Shown piece after piece: positions 11,012 through 21,798 of a stretch of DNA of 64,000 bases. The stretch is from an uncultured cyanobacterium. Its GTDB lineage: Bacteria; Cyanobacteriota; Cyanobacteriia; Cyanobacteriales; Nostocaceae. The translations under genes and the position numbers were made by a program. How positions within the stretch are numbered: the stretch's first letter is position 1; the number at the start of each line of letters is the position of its first letter. Location of the stretch: assembly GCA_963740315.1 (NCBI GenBank), contig CAVUDP010000004.1, positions 1-64,000 on the forward strand, read 5' to 3'. The notes under the pieces are model-generated. The model searched no databases. It saw only the letters and a list, made by a program, of their open reading frames with translations, and had not been told where the DNA came from.

Positions 11012-11968
11012 ATGCCAAAAATATCTGTAATTATTCCAGCTTACAATGCGATGAATTATCTGCCGGAAACTTTGGAAAGTGTTTTTAAGCAGACTTTCAC
11101 CGATTTTGAAATATTGATTATTAATGATGGTAGTTCCGATAATCTTGTGGAATGGGTTTCACAAATCGCAGACTCGCGAGTAAAGTTGATTTCGCAAGTT
11201 AATCAGGGTGTGTCGGCAGCACGAAATACGGGAATTAGCAACTCTCAAGGGGAATATATCGCCTTTCTTGATGCTGATGATTTGTGGGAACCGACAAAGT
11301 TAGAGAAACAACTAAATTGTCTCGAAGCCAATCCCAAGGTAGGTTTAGCTTACACTTGGACGGCTTTTATCAACCAACTTAGTCAACCTACAGGGGTATC
11401 GATCGTTTCCCATGCCGAGGGAAATGTATGGGAAGAAATTCTGGTTCGAGATATGATATCCACTGGTAGTTCTACAATGATTCGTGCTGAATGCTTCGAT
11501 CGAGTAGGGTTGTTCGATTCAAATTTAAGCCTGGGTGAAGATCGGGATATGTGGACTCGGATTGCTGCAATATATCCTTTTGCCGTAATTAAAGAATCTT
11601 TAACCCTCTATCGAAGACACCCTCAAAATACAAGTAAAACTAATAAAAAAATAATTCCTCAACTATCTCAGGTAATAGAAAAAATCTTTCAAAATACTCC
11701 AGAAAACTTATTTTATTTAAAAAACCGCAGCTATGGATGGATGAATATTTTTGCAGCTTGGACTGCTATTGAAGAAGAAAAAGACTATAAACAAGCAACA
11801 TTTTACCGTCAACAGGCTGTAAAACAATACCCTCAACTACGTTTAACATCAATTTATTTACGCTTGAGTATCGCCATAACAATGTTAGCTTTATTTGGTC
11901 CTCACAACTACGACAAACTGCGAGGATTCAAGAAAAGTCTACGCAAGCAGTTAACAGTTAGCAGTTAA
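11012..11968 (+). CDS. Glycosyltransferase family 2 (paralog of 9727-10665)
   Basis: SVIIPAYN, NDGSSD and FLDADD motifs; N-terminal half is very similar to the upstream GT2. Confidence 0.92.
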   Translation: MPKISVIIPAYNAMNYLPETLESVFKQTFTDFEILIINDGSSDNLVEWVSQIADSRVKLISQVNQGVSAARNTGISNSQGEYIAFLDADDLWEPTKLEKQLNCLEANPKVGLAYTWTAFINQLSQPTGVSIVSHAEGNVWEEILVRDMISTGSSTMIRAECFDRVGLFDSNLSLGEDRDMWTRIAAIYPFAVIKESLTLYRRHPQNTSKTNKKIIPQLSQVIEKIFQNTPENLFYLKNRSYGWMNIFAAWTAIEEEKDYKQATFYRQQAVKQYPQLRLTSIYLRLSIAITMLALFGPHNYDKLRGFKKSLRKQLTVSS

Positions 11969-12051
11969 AAACTTAAACTATTTAACCTTTGACCTTTAAT
12001 TTATGACTTATTTTCAAATTCATTGCAAACATACATATATAGTGAATAAAT

Positions 12052-13437
12052 ATGGGATTACGTAATCAAGCTGTAAAAGGCGGATTTATCATGGTTATCC
12101 GTCAAGGTTTGGGTATTTTACTCAGCTTGGCATCTGTGATATTTATTACGCGAGTTATTGGTCCGGAACAATACGGTTTTTTTGGTGCGGCTTCGGGAAT
12201 CGCTGTTTTTCTGTACCGTTTGGGACCTTGGGGTTTAGATGTTTATCTGGTACGTAAAACTGAGAATCCTCTTCAAGAAGAGTACAATCAAGCTTTCACT
12301 ATTTTGCTTGGTGTCAGTATTATTTTAACTTTGGGTATGGCGTTGGGAAGAGATGCGATCGCCAGTTTTCTTAGAATTGAGGAAGTTTCACCACTTTTAT
12401 TCGGTTTAGCTTTTACAATACCTCCCACTCTTTTAAAAGTTCCTTCTACGGTAAAACTCGAACGCGATCTTAATTTTAAACGTGTTGCTTTCAACGAGTT
12501 GATTAGTCAAATTAGCTACTATGCGATCGCTATACCAATGGCGTTTAAGGGGGCTGGTGCTTGGTCCCCCGTGACTGGATTATTAGTTCAACAATATATC
12601 TTATTAATACTTAGTCAGCTAGGTGCTAATTTAAAATTCGGCTTGTGCTGGAATCCCAAATTAGTTAAACAAATGGTGAGTTACGGCTTTACCTATTCCG
12701 CTTCTAACTGGGCTTGGGAATTGCGGACACTCGTAAATCCGGTAATTGTAGGGCGCTTTGCTGGTGCGGAAGCTGTTGCTTTTGTTGCTTTAGCCATACG
12801 CTTAGTAGAAATGCTTTCCTTTGTTAGATATATTACTTGGCGTTTAGCAATGGCAGCTTTAGCGAAATTCAAAGATAATAAAGCCCGCTTGCTTAATAGC
12901 GTAGAAGAAGGAATGCATTTATTAGCTTTGAGTGTCGGTTTACCAATGGCGGCTTTTTCCCTAGTCGGACCGATTGTTTTGGGGATTGTTTTTGGTAAAG
13001 ATTGGGACCCGGTATTATCAGTTTATCCGTTTATTGCAGTTAGCTACATAGCCTATTCAATCTTAAATCTACATACTTCGGTTCTCTATTTACTAGGTAA
13101 AAATATGTTAGTTACCTGGTTTAATTTAGTTCATGTAGTAATATTTGGAGGAACTGCATTATTACTAGTACCGCGCATGGGAATTATCGGATATGGATGG
13201 GCTGAAATATGTACTTTAGTAAGCTATATTGTTCTACATATATACGTTACAAAAGAAATTGGGAAACCAAATTATATTACCGCTTTTATCTGGTTTACTC
13301 TTTCGGTAACTGTGTTGCTTATCAGTACCCTTGACAGTCCATTGCGTTACTTTTCCGTATTATTATTAATGCTTCCATTGATATCCGCAAAAGAAAGAAA
13401 GAATTTGTGGGGATATTATCAGATATTGCGATCGTGA
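12052..13437 (+). CDS. wzx: Polysaccharide flippase (Wzx/MOP family)
   Basis: Highly hydrophobic multi-TM protein; typical ITRVIGPEQYG and LERDLNFK segments; located in an EPS cluster. Confidence 0.85.
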   Translation: MGLRNQAVKGGFIMVIRQGLGILLSLASVIFITRVIGPEQYGFFGAASGIAVFLYRLGPWGLDVYLVRKTENPLQEEYNQAFTILLGVSIILTLGMALGRDAIASFLRIEEVSPLLFGLAFTIPPTLLKVPSTVKLERDLNFKRVAFNELISQISYYAIAIPMAFKGAGAWSPVTGLLVQQYILLILSQLGANLKFGLCWNPKLVKQMVSYGFTYSASNWAWELRTLVNPVIVGRFAGAEAVAFVALAIRLVEMLSFVRYITWRLAMAALAKFKDNKARLLNSVEEGMHLLALSVGLPMAAFSLVGPIVLGIVFGKDWDPVLSVYPFIAVSYIAYSILNLHTSVLYLLGKNMLVTWFNLVHVVIFGGTALLLVPRMGIIGYGWAEICTLVSYIVLHIYVTKEIGKPNYITAFIWFTLSVTVLLISTLDSPLRYFSVLLLMLPLISAKERKNLWGYYQILRS

Positions 13438-13446
13438 GAAGGTTAA

Positions 13447-13679
13447 AGTTTTATTCGTAGGTTGGGTTAGACGCACAAATAATATTTATGATTAATAAAA
13501 TGTTTAATATGCGTCTCCTTCCCAACATTTACGTTATGGTTTTATATAATTTAAAATCCGGCGATTGAATATGCCGCACCTAGTTTTATTCGTAGGTTGG
13601 GTTAGACGCACAAATAATATTTATGATTAATAAAATGTTTAATATGCGTCTCCTTCCCAACATTTACGTTATGGTTTTA
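13447..13679. repeat. Two identical 98-bp direct repeats containing a GTAGGTTGGG...CCCAAC REP-like element
   Basis: 13447-13544 and 13582-13679 are identical; a diverged third copy lies at about 14887-14973. Confidence 0.88.
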
Positions 13680-13843
13680 AGTTGTCGCGTATTTAATTGG
13701 TATATTGCAAGCGAGCAAGATGCTCGCACTACTAAATTAAATATTTAATATGCGTCATAACCTAACTTTTAAGTTATAGTTTTATACAAGTTTACCCAAA
13801 ATACATTGTATGTTAAATTCCATTCCTCAACCCAACCTAAAAA

Positions 13844-14860
13844 TCAACCCACAAACTGTTTTAATTTAGTCAACTTTAACAACCAAATTGATAAAACACT
13901 AAAAATTATCGTTAAAATTCCTACAACTGGAAATACTATATTTACAGGTATTCCGAAAACTCCTGTGACTATGCCAAATCCAAAACTTTTAATTAACAAT
14001 AAAAACAAACACTGCCAGTATTTGTGTAAGGCAAATAACCCAAGTGAGTATTTAGATAATTTCTGTACGTACCAAGAATCGGGAATTTTAAGAGGGTAAA
14101 CAAAACAGAAAATACTCAATGCTCCGCAAACTATGGAAATTCTTCCATAAATACTTGGGAAATAGTTGTAGGTACGCAAATAGATGTCATGGAGAGAAAA
14201 CAGTATGAATGCCGACAAATAGCAGAATTTAAATTTTAAGATTGTTTTGGGGTTATTAGCCAAGTAATAAGCGATCGGCACATAAACAACAAAGTTTAAC
14301 AGCCAATGGTATGGAATCGATGAATTAACTATGCAACTAGCTTCAAATAATATTAAACAATATACTATTATTATGAAACTTATAATCCTTCCGAGTTCTT
14401 TTGAACTTATTTTTCGATACAAAAAAGCAATAGTAGTCAAACCAAGTAAATTAAATAGAAAGTAAAACACCGAATCACCTACTAATGGTAAGCTCGGCTT
14501 TAATCCCGTGATAATTTCCCAAGAGAACTGCGGAACTTCTTTCGTTACTATCAAAAAGAAGACGTAATTAAATATAGACCAAAACGTAAAGAGCTTAAAA
14601 ATCTTTGTTATTCTAAGTAGAAAATATTTATTATTTGGTTTTTTAATGAAAAATAAATAAAGGGAAACAATATAAAATAAAGGAACTGCGGTTAAACATA
14701 ACTGTAATTCTAAATCTCTGAAAATATTGGCAGTAATTAATACAATGATATGAGTATTTTTATCTAAAATAAAACTCAATGGACGCAAATGCCATATTAA
14801 TACAAAAACAATACTAATTGCTTTTAAGAGATCCAGGCTATTGTCTCTTTCTATTTTCAT
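13844..14860 (-). CDS. Acyltransferase family 3 (polysaccharide O-acyltransferase-like)
   Basis: RDNSLDLLKAISIVFVLIWH, AVPLF and SKYSLGLFALH motifs; multi-TM. Confidence 0.82.
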   Translation of the reverse strand: MKIERDNSLDLLKAISIVFVLIWHLRPLSFILDKNTHIIVLITANIFRDLELQLCLTAVPLFYIVSLYLFFIKKPNNKYFLLRITKIFKLFTFWSIFNYVFFLIVTKEVPQFSWEIITGLKPSLPLVGDSVFYFLFNLLGLTTIAFLYRKISSKELGRIISFIIIVYCLILFEASCIVNSSIPYHWLLNFVVYVPIAYYLANNPKTILKFKFCYLSAFILFSLHDIYLRTYNYFPSIYGRISIVCGALSIFCFVYPLKIPDSWYVQKLSKYSLGLFALHKYWQCLFLLLIKSFGFGIVTGVFGIPVNIVFPVVGILTIIFSVLSIWLLKLTKLKQFVG

Positions 14861-15022
14861 AAGCTGATGTTTATAATTATAAATTTGTAGGTTGAGTTAG
14901 GCGCACAAATAATATTTATAATTAATAAAGGATTTGATTCGCGCCGTAACCCAACATTTACGTTATGGTTTTATCTAATATATGAGAAGCGAGAGTTAAA
15001 GATGCGGACACTACGAATATTT

Positions 15023-16636
15023 TCATACTGCAACAGCCTCTACTAATTCAACTTCCTCACTTTCCGATTCATCTCGAATTTTAAAATAATAATATAGATT
15101 TGCAACCGTTAAATCGGAAGCTTGCTGTAAGTTATTTTTAACTAATGTTTTGTAACCAGCAACTTGAGCTTGTCGATCTATATAATTTTCGTATTCTTTG
15201 CGTAACTCTGACTGAAACATAAATGCTAATTGATCGCGTAAAGAGTAATAATGCGATTTTTCGCTTAAATTCTCGTATACAACTTGTTCTGGTGGTATTG
15301 ATAAAGCAGTTGAAGTTGATTTTATCTCCGCAATCTCTTCAGTTTCCGAATTATTAAAATCGCTGCTATTTAAAAGTTCAAGCTCATCGCTTGGAAGATT
15401 TTGCATCCAATCAATTTGATTTTGCCATGTTTCAACAACAGCTAGATCGTGATTGCGAATGCGACTCATTTCTGGGAATAGGAAATTGATTTCGTCTTCC
15501 GAAGAACAGGAATTAATAATCGTGGAGGCGTTTTCACAAATATGGTTTTTGAGATGATAAAGTCTGTCGCTAACTGCGGACATTTCGTTTTGCACTTGAT
15601 AAGTAACAACAATTGCCTGCTCTATAGCCCAAGCACATTCTAAACGACGCAATTGTCCTGCTGCACAAGTTTCTCCTAATAATTGAGGATTCGTGTAGCT
15701 TGCTAATGCTTGATATAACATTCCTCGTACAGCATCGATTTCAGCGTTTCTGCGGCTATCATCTTGTATTTGCATTGCCGAACGAAACCTTTGCAAAGCT
15801 TGAGTAAACAATCCATATGCTTGTACTAAAACTACGCGATGTTGTTCAAATTTAATATCTTGAGCAACTTGTTCGATAACTTGTCTAATTTCTGCACCTT
15901 GCTCTCTGAGGGCTTGTTTCAAGTCAATAAATCCGTTTCTCACTTCCAAACGCATTTGTTTTACATCTTCACGAAGCTTCAATGTTTGCTGTAAATTGAT
16001 CGCTGATAGTGCGATCGTTGCTACGGTTCCCACTCCGATTAATGCGGTGGTTGCTTGTAGAACTCCGACGCTGGTTTGTAAAGCTTGTAATCCTGATTGT
16101 ACAAAACCAATTTGTTGATAGGTTTCTTGAAAACCCAAATGAGTTTGAATCATACTTGCTCCCTGCATGGCAATTCCTGCTCCACTCATTCCTTGAACAA
16201 CATTCATACCTTGTTGTAAAGCTTGTACACCTACTTTTACAGCACCAACTTGTCGCTAGGTTTCTTGAAAGCCCATATGGTTCTGAACCATACCTGCTCC
16301 TTGGGTAGCAATTCCTGCGACATTAGTTGCTTGGATAATACCCATGCCTTCTTGTACTATTTTTACGCCCGTTTTTACAACATCAATTTGTCGGTAGGTT
16401 TCTGTAAAACCCAAATGAGTTTGAATCATACTAGCTCCTTTAATTAACGAATTAACGGGTGAAATTAAAGGTGATAAAGGATTACCATTTACTGTTGCAG
16501 CGATCGCATGAGAGACAAATTTACCAGTGACGCTATCTCGCACCATACCGATAGGTACTCCAGTTTTGCTAATAACTTGTACATATTTTCCAGCGGTGAT
16601 ACCAGCTTTGACTATGGCAGGAAACTCAAACAGCAT
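15023..16636 (-). pseudogene. Hypothetical protein with three N-terminal repeats, split by one in-frame TAG
   Basis: ORFs 16256-16636 and 15023-16207 are in the same frame, joined by 16 sense codons (RQVGAVKVGVQALQQG). The TAG falls where sister repeats have Tyr (GFTETYRQ / GFQET*RQ / GFQETYQQ). Confidence 0.75.
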
Positions 16637-16785
16637 ATTATTCTTCGCTTCTTAAAAAATTCATAATTAGCTTAAACCTAGCTGCTACTGATAAAGCAAA
16701 GTAACCGTATTTACACAGTACATAGATAAATTTTGGTTAAATCTGGGCATACTAAGCACGGAAAAGCTTAATCAAAATTATTTTT

Positions 16786-19341
16786 ATGGATACACCAGTT
16801 GTCAGTAAAGAAGCAGTTGAATTACTCTCACGCATTACAGAGAAAAATCTAAGTCACAGAGATGTAACGCCACCAGTGATATTTCTCGCGAGCTTAGTCA
16901 CAGTACTTTTGGGTGTAATATTTATCGATGGGAAAGTAGCGGAGGAAGAGAAAAAGACTTTACTTGCAACGCTGTACCGTTTTAGTACAACCGATAGTGA
17001 AGTGCGTAAATTAACTCATCTAACTATCCAGGGTGTTAAGGAAAATCAACTGTATAGAAAAAGCGACGATTTATTAACGCTAACAGCTTCACTGACGGAA
17101 TCTCAACGGCTATTGTTGATTGGTTTCGGTTATCAAATGTCTGCTGCTGATGGGGAAATGGATTCCCGCGAGAAAAATTATTTAGAAATGTTAAGCAAGC
17201 GTTTAAATATTAATTCTCAGCATTTAGCGGTTTTTGAAGCTGCATTCACTCATCAACAAAACATAAATTCAGCAGCTTTAGAAGAAGTAATATTTCTACT
17301 CGAACCCGTGCGTTTTCAAGAATTAGATACTGTTTTTGTGAAAGCAGCGCGAGATATGCTGGATATGCTACCGACTTTACCTGAAAAGAAATTAACTCAA
17401 CAGCCTATAGCGATATCTTACGATAAATTAAAGAAGTTTCAAGGACATCGCCAGCAACTAGATAATTTTTGCGATCAAATATTAAAAATCATTCAAGATT
17501 GTAACGAAAGTAGCTTTTTACCTCACGTTTTGATTGAGCAAGTAGAAGAAGTATCTCAAAAAATTCAATCGCAACGTTTCAGAGTTGCGGTTGTAGGTGA
17601 ATTTAGTCAAGGTAAGTCAACTTTACTTAATGCGTTATTGGGTGAAGAAATTCAACCAGCACGAGAGATTCCCTGTAGTGGAGCAGTTACAGTTTTAAAA
17701 TATGGAAACCAAAAGCGGGTAATTTGCCGTTACAAAGATGGAACAGAAGAAGAAATTCCCTTTAATGAGTATCAAGAGAAAGCAAGTATTTCTGAAGATG
17801 CAGCAATTGATTGTTTAAGCAATGAATTAGCTCAATCTGAAATTGAGGAAATTATTTTTGAGCATCCAGATTTAGAATTATGTAAAAGTGGAGTAGAAAT
17901 TGTTGATTCTCCAGGATTAAACGAACATCCCGAAAGAACTGCGATTACTCACAAAATATTAAAAAATACTGATGCGGCAATTTTTCTGACTAACGCTTCT
18001 CGTCCTTTGACGCAGGGAGAAAGAGATTTACTACACGAAATAAGAATTTATCTTAACGGCGGTAAAGATAACGAACCCGCAGATAACTTATTTGTCGCTT
18101 GCAATTTTATAGATTTAATTCGTACTGCAAAAGGTAAAGAACAAATTAAACAAAGAATTACAAAGTTTGTCCAAGCTGATAATCCACTAATTGTAGGGGA
18201 AAATCGCGTTCACTTTATTTCCGCTCAAGCTGCACTCGATGCAATTATCAAAGGCTCAAAAAATGCATATTTAGAAGATTTTAACTTTTTAGTTTCATCT
18301 GTAGAAAACTTTTTAAGATTTGAACGTGGCGAACTAAAATTAAAACGTTTGAATCTAATTCTCAATACATTCAATCAAAAATGCGATAAAGTACTAAAGC
18401 AAGCGCAGAATACTATCGAAGGAAAAATAAATATTTCGCAACTTGAAAAACAAGAAATAATAGAAAAAATCGGAGAAATTAGCGGACGCGATATCAAAAT
18501 ATATACCTTGGGAAAGCTCAAAAAAGAAGCATCTAAAAAAGCAATTGAATATCGCAAGGAATGGCATGAAAAATTGCGCGATCGCATATCTGAAAAAAGC
18601 AAGTCCTGGCATTCCGAACACAGCCCAGTTTGGAGTCAAGACCAATTGATTAAAGATTATACAAATCAATTTATGCGAGATTTATCATTAGAAATAGATG
18701 AGTGGGGAAATAAAGTATTAAAAGATGTAATTTTGCAAAACTATATCAAATTTTTAGATGCAAATATTAAGCATGAATTAGATGCAATTCAAGCTGATTT
18801 TAAAAATTTAGATATACAGGTTCATTCCAATTTTAGCTCTCAGCTTCAACTATCCATTGATGGTATCAACGATGATTTTAGTGGATTTATGGGAATTGGC
18901 GGTGGAATCGGAATAGGTGGAGCTTTAGCTGCTGGGTTATTAGTATTTACTGGAGTTGGTTTTATCGCAGTTATTGTAGCCACCGTTGCAGCTACAATTG
19001 CAGGCACTTTTGGCTTGGGAATGCTTGATATGGATGGATTGCATGACAAAATTAAGAAGAAAATACTAGAGGAAGGACTCAAAAAGTTTGATGATTCTCT
19101 AAACAAATTTGACAATAAGATAAATGAAATTATTGTTAAACTTTTTGATAGTAAAGTTGAGTCAGCCAGCAAAATCATTACTCAAGCAATTTCACTTTAC
19201 GAAAATCTTTTAGAACAGCAAGAACACGTTTCTGAAGAAAGTATAGAAGAACGTCTTGCTGATAAAACATGGATTTCTCAAAAGCGTGAAGAACTTGAAC
19301 GGATACAGCAAGATATTGAATCGATTATGAATGGTTCCTAA
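16786..19341 (+). CDS. TerB-domain / dynamin-like GTPase fusion protein
   Basis: N-terminal TerB-like motifs (IDGKVAEEE, AADGEMDSRE). G1 GEFSQGKST, G3 DSPG and G4-like NFID are present, followed by a Gly-rich hydrophobic paddle and helical stalk. Confidence 0.82.
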   Translation: MDTPVVSKEAVELLSRITEKNLSHRDVTPPVIFLASLVTVLLGVIFIDGKVAEEEKKTLLATLYRFSTTDSEVRKLTHLTIQGVKENQLYRKSDDLLTLTASLTESQRLLLIGFGYQMSAADGEMDSREKNYLEMLSKRLNINSQHLAVFEAAFTHQQNINSAALEEVIFLLEPVRFQELDTVFVKAARDMLDMLPTLPEKKLTQQPIAISYDKLKKFQGHRQQLDNFCDQILKIIQDCNESSFLPHVLIEQVEEVSQKIQSQRFRVAVVGEFSQGKSTLLNALLGEEIQPAREIPCSGAVTVLKYGNQKRVICRYKDGTEEEIPFNEYQEKASISEDAAIDCLSNELAQSEIEEIIFEHPDLELCKSGVEIVDSPGLNEHPERTAITHKILKNTDAAIFLTNASRPLTQGERDLLHEIRIYLNGGKDNEPADNLFVACNFIDLIRTAKGKEQIKQRITKFVQADNPLIVGENRVHFISAQAALDAIIKGSKNAYLEDFNFLVSSVENFLRFERGELKLKRLNLILNTFNQKCDKVLKQAQNTIEGKINISQLEKQEIIEKIGEISGRDIKIYTLGKLKKEASKKAIEYRKEWHEKLRDRISEKSKSWHSEHSPVWSQDQLIKDYTNQFMRDLSLEIDEWGNKVLKDVILQNYIKFLDANIKHELDAIQADFKNLDIQVHSNFSSQLQLSIDGINDDFSGFMGIGGGIGIGGALAAGLLVFTGVGFIAVIVATVAATIAGTFGLGMLDMDGLHDKIKKKILEEGLKKFDDSLNKFDNKINEIIVKLFDSKVESASKIITQAISLYENLLEQQEHVSEESIEERLADKTWISQKREELERIQQDIESIMNGS

Positions 19342-19740
19342 AGACGGTGTTTAATAAGTTATAAAACAAAAAAAAATGAGTAGATGAGAGTTCCTAATTA
19401 CTGCAATTAGTTACCCATCTACTCAAAATTAATAAAGAGAAGGAATTTCAAATTTAGATTATTAAATATTTATGTCAAATAATGTTTTTTATTATTCGTT
19501 GCATTTACCTCCTTTTAATTGCGGTTTTTACTTAGTGGCGGTTGAATATCCGATTGGTTTCTCTCGCTCATATTTATATAGTATTTCCACTTACGAAGAA
19601 TTGTCATCCTAAAAACCGACAATTAGCAATTTCTTGATGTTAAGAATAAAAAGAGGAAAATTACTTAAAGTAGTCACGATAAATTATACATTTAGAGTAG
19701 TAGTTGAAAATAATACTTTATCTGGCGCTTTGTTACCGCT

Positions 19741-19832
19741 GCTACACAAGCAAAGTCCACCTGCGTGGACTTGATAAACAACCCACGGAGGTGGGTTTTG
19801 CCTGTGTAGCCGTGACTTATAGTCGCCAGGGC
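19741..19832. repeat. Nested palindromic (REP-like) element
   Basis: Outer stem GCTACACA...TGTGTAGC encloses hairpins AAGTCCAC-CTGC-GTGGACTT and AACCCAC-GGAG-GTGGGTT; it lies between convergent genes. Confidence 0.75.
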
Positions 19833-19847
19833 TGAATAAAATGTGAC

Positions 19848-20936
19848 TTAATTCCCGATCGCTGGCGCAAGTTTCGCACGAGGAGTTCCGCCGCCACCAA
19901 TACTATTAGGACTATTATTGTCAACAATATATAATGCCTCAAACAGCTTCATAAAATCTTCGTAAAACTTGCCGCTTCTAGTCTCGAAGTCGTAACCGTA
20001 CTTTTTACGAAACTCGTCGCGAACTCCTTTTTCTACTGCAATGTAATGAGCATCTCCGTCAGAATCATCTACAACGTAAGCACCATAATTTTGTAACGTA
20101 TCAAATAGCTTTTTACCTGCTGGGGTTTCTAATTTAAGACTTGTCTTGGTAATTTTTGGTGGAATTGCTAGCAATGAACCTTGTAATAAAGCATGATTCT
20201 TGCCACCATAACGTTCTGCTGCATAATCATCCGCACGATTTGCGGGCCAGCGATATCCGGGTATTTTATCATCGTAAAATAGATATTTTTTCGCCCAAAT
20301 TACAACTTTTAAGGCATGGCGAATCGGTTTATTGTTTGTGAGTTCGCCTTTACGAATCGAACCGCCAATTGAAGATAACCCAGATCCAAAGTGTGCGCCG
20401 CCTATTCCTTCTCCGTAAATATCTACGTTGTCATATCGCCAACCATATACCGAACCTTGTTGTTTGCAACGAGCCAAGGGTGAAAGCTGTACTAATGTTC
20501 TACCATCTGGCATCAAAAAGGCTGAAGCGTTGTTGGGTGTACGGTATGGTTTTTTTGTCGCGTCTGGAATAATTAGATCGTTGGCAATAGGTATGTCAAT
20601 ATTCATATATTTTGTACCCGTACAGCGCCCTTCACCCCAAGCGCCAGGAGCATAAACGGCACGCGACGGATATTTTTCTTTTAGCTGGAACAAATATTCT
20701 TCGTCTGCGGCTGCTTGGTTTGATTTTCCGATATTTGCCTTGAGGTAACGCGCATCCGAACCAATGGGCATATTCCAAATTGATGTCGATAAAAAGGGCT
20801 GCAAAAATTTGTCTCTTTTGGGATAACTCCCAAACGTACTCGAACAGCTAAGTACCAAAGCCATAATTATGCCAATCAAAAACACAACCAAAATACGCAG
20901 CCAAAAATGGGTTGTCCAAATTTGCAAGTTTTTCAT
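19848..20936 (-). CDS. Hypothetical exported protein / possible lipoprotein
   Basis: 362-aa ORF with a hydrophobic N-terminal stretch ending in LVLSC; Gly/Pro/aromatic-rich body. Confidence 0.65.
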   Translation of the reverse strand: MKNLQIWTTHFWLRILVVFLIGIIMALVLSCSSTFGSYPKRDKFLQPFLSTSIWNMPIGSDARYLKANIGKSNQAAADEEYLFQLKEKYPSRAVYAPGAWGEGRCTGTKYMNIDIPIANDLIIPDATKKPYRTPNNASAFLMPDGRTLVQLSPLARCKQQGSVYGWRYDNVDIYGEGIGGAHFGSGLSSIGGSIRKGELTNNKPIRHALKVVIWAKKYLFYDDKIPGYRWPANRADDYAAERYGGKNHALLQGSLLAIPPKITKTSLKLETPAGKKLFDTLQNYGAYVVDDSDGDAHYIAVEKGVRDEFRKKYGYDFETRSGKFYEDFMKLFEALYIVDNNSPNSIGGGGTPRAKLAPAIGN

Positions 20937-21798
20937 TCCGATCTCACCAAGCAGACATCTGTATTTTTATCGTAAATAGTTAAGAAATAATAAAGTAATT
21001 GCTTAGATATTGGTTATTATGATGACTGTCTCGATTCAAAATTTCGATAGGAATAATAGTAATAATTAACATTATTCAATTATCATTTCTTGCATTGTTG
21101 CCAAAATAAACATTTAGAAAAATATCTATATGTACTTGTTTCTTTTGCCATTAAGGATCTAAAAATACATAATTTTTGAAGAAAGTATCTTTTTTCAAAG
21201 GCAAAAATTAAAATATATATCGCAGTTACGAATATTGTAGCAAGAGGTGCGAAGCTTTTAGAGACTCTCGCTAACACAACAACAAGCTTGAATGGGGGCT
21301 TTTAACTAAGACGCTGCAATCTCAATGCTAAACACTCCCCTATCAATCTTATTGCAAGTCAATTGTTAACACTATGTATTTGGCACGATCCTGCATCTCG
21401 ATCGATTATCTCAAATATATTGTAAATGAATATACTTTAAGCAGAGTAAGATTATTGATTTATAGATTCACTATCCTTGCTGCTTTACACAAATCTTTTA
21501 ATTTTCCTTGCGGGTCACGATCGCACGAACACGTATTTACTTTTATACCGTTTGGCATAAGAGTTTTCTACATTAATTGATTCGTAATTAGTTTTCATCG
21601 CTTTGTTAAGTATTTATACTTTTATGTAGTAATATAAAATAATAAAAGATAGAACGTAACTTTTAATAAACTTTGGCTAAAAAGTGCAAAGCTTAACAGA
21701 AAAGCAAGATAAGAAAGTTTTTTTTAACTAACGGGTGTCTGTAACGGCTTTTTAACATCAAATCTAATTTCAATCATAGGTAAAGAGGTAAAAAAGGA

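Noticed and set aside
19475..19516. Minus-strand micro-ORF (MQRIIKNII) behind a perfect AAGGAGGT
   Set aside because: Only 9 codons and SD-to-ATG spacing of 2 nt; no other support.
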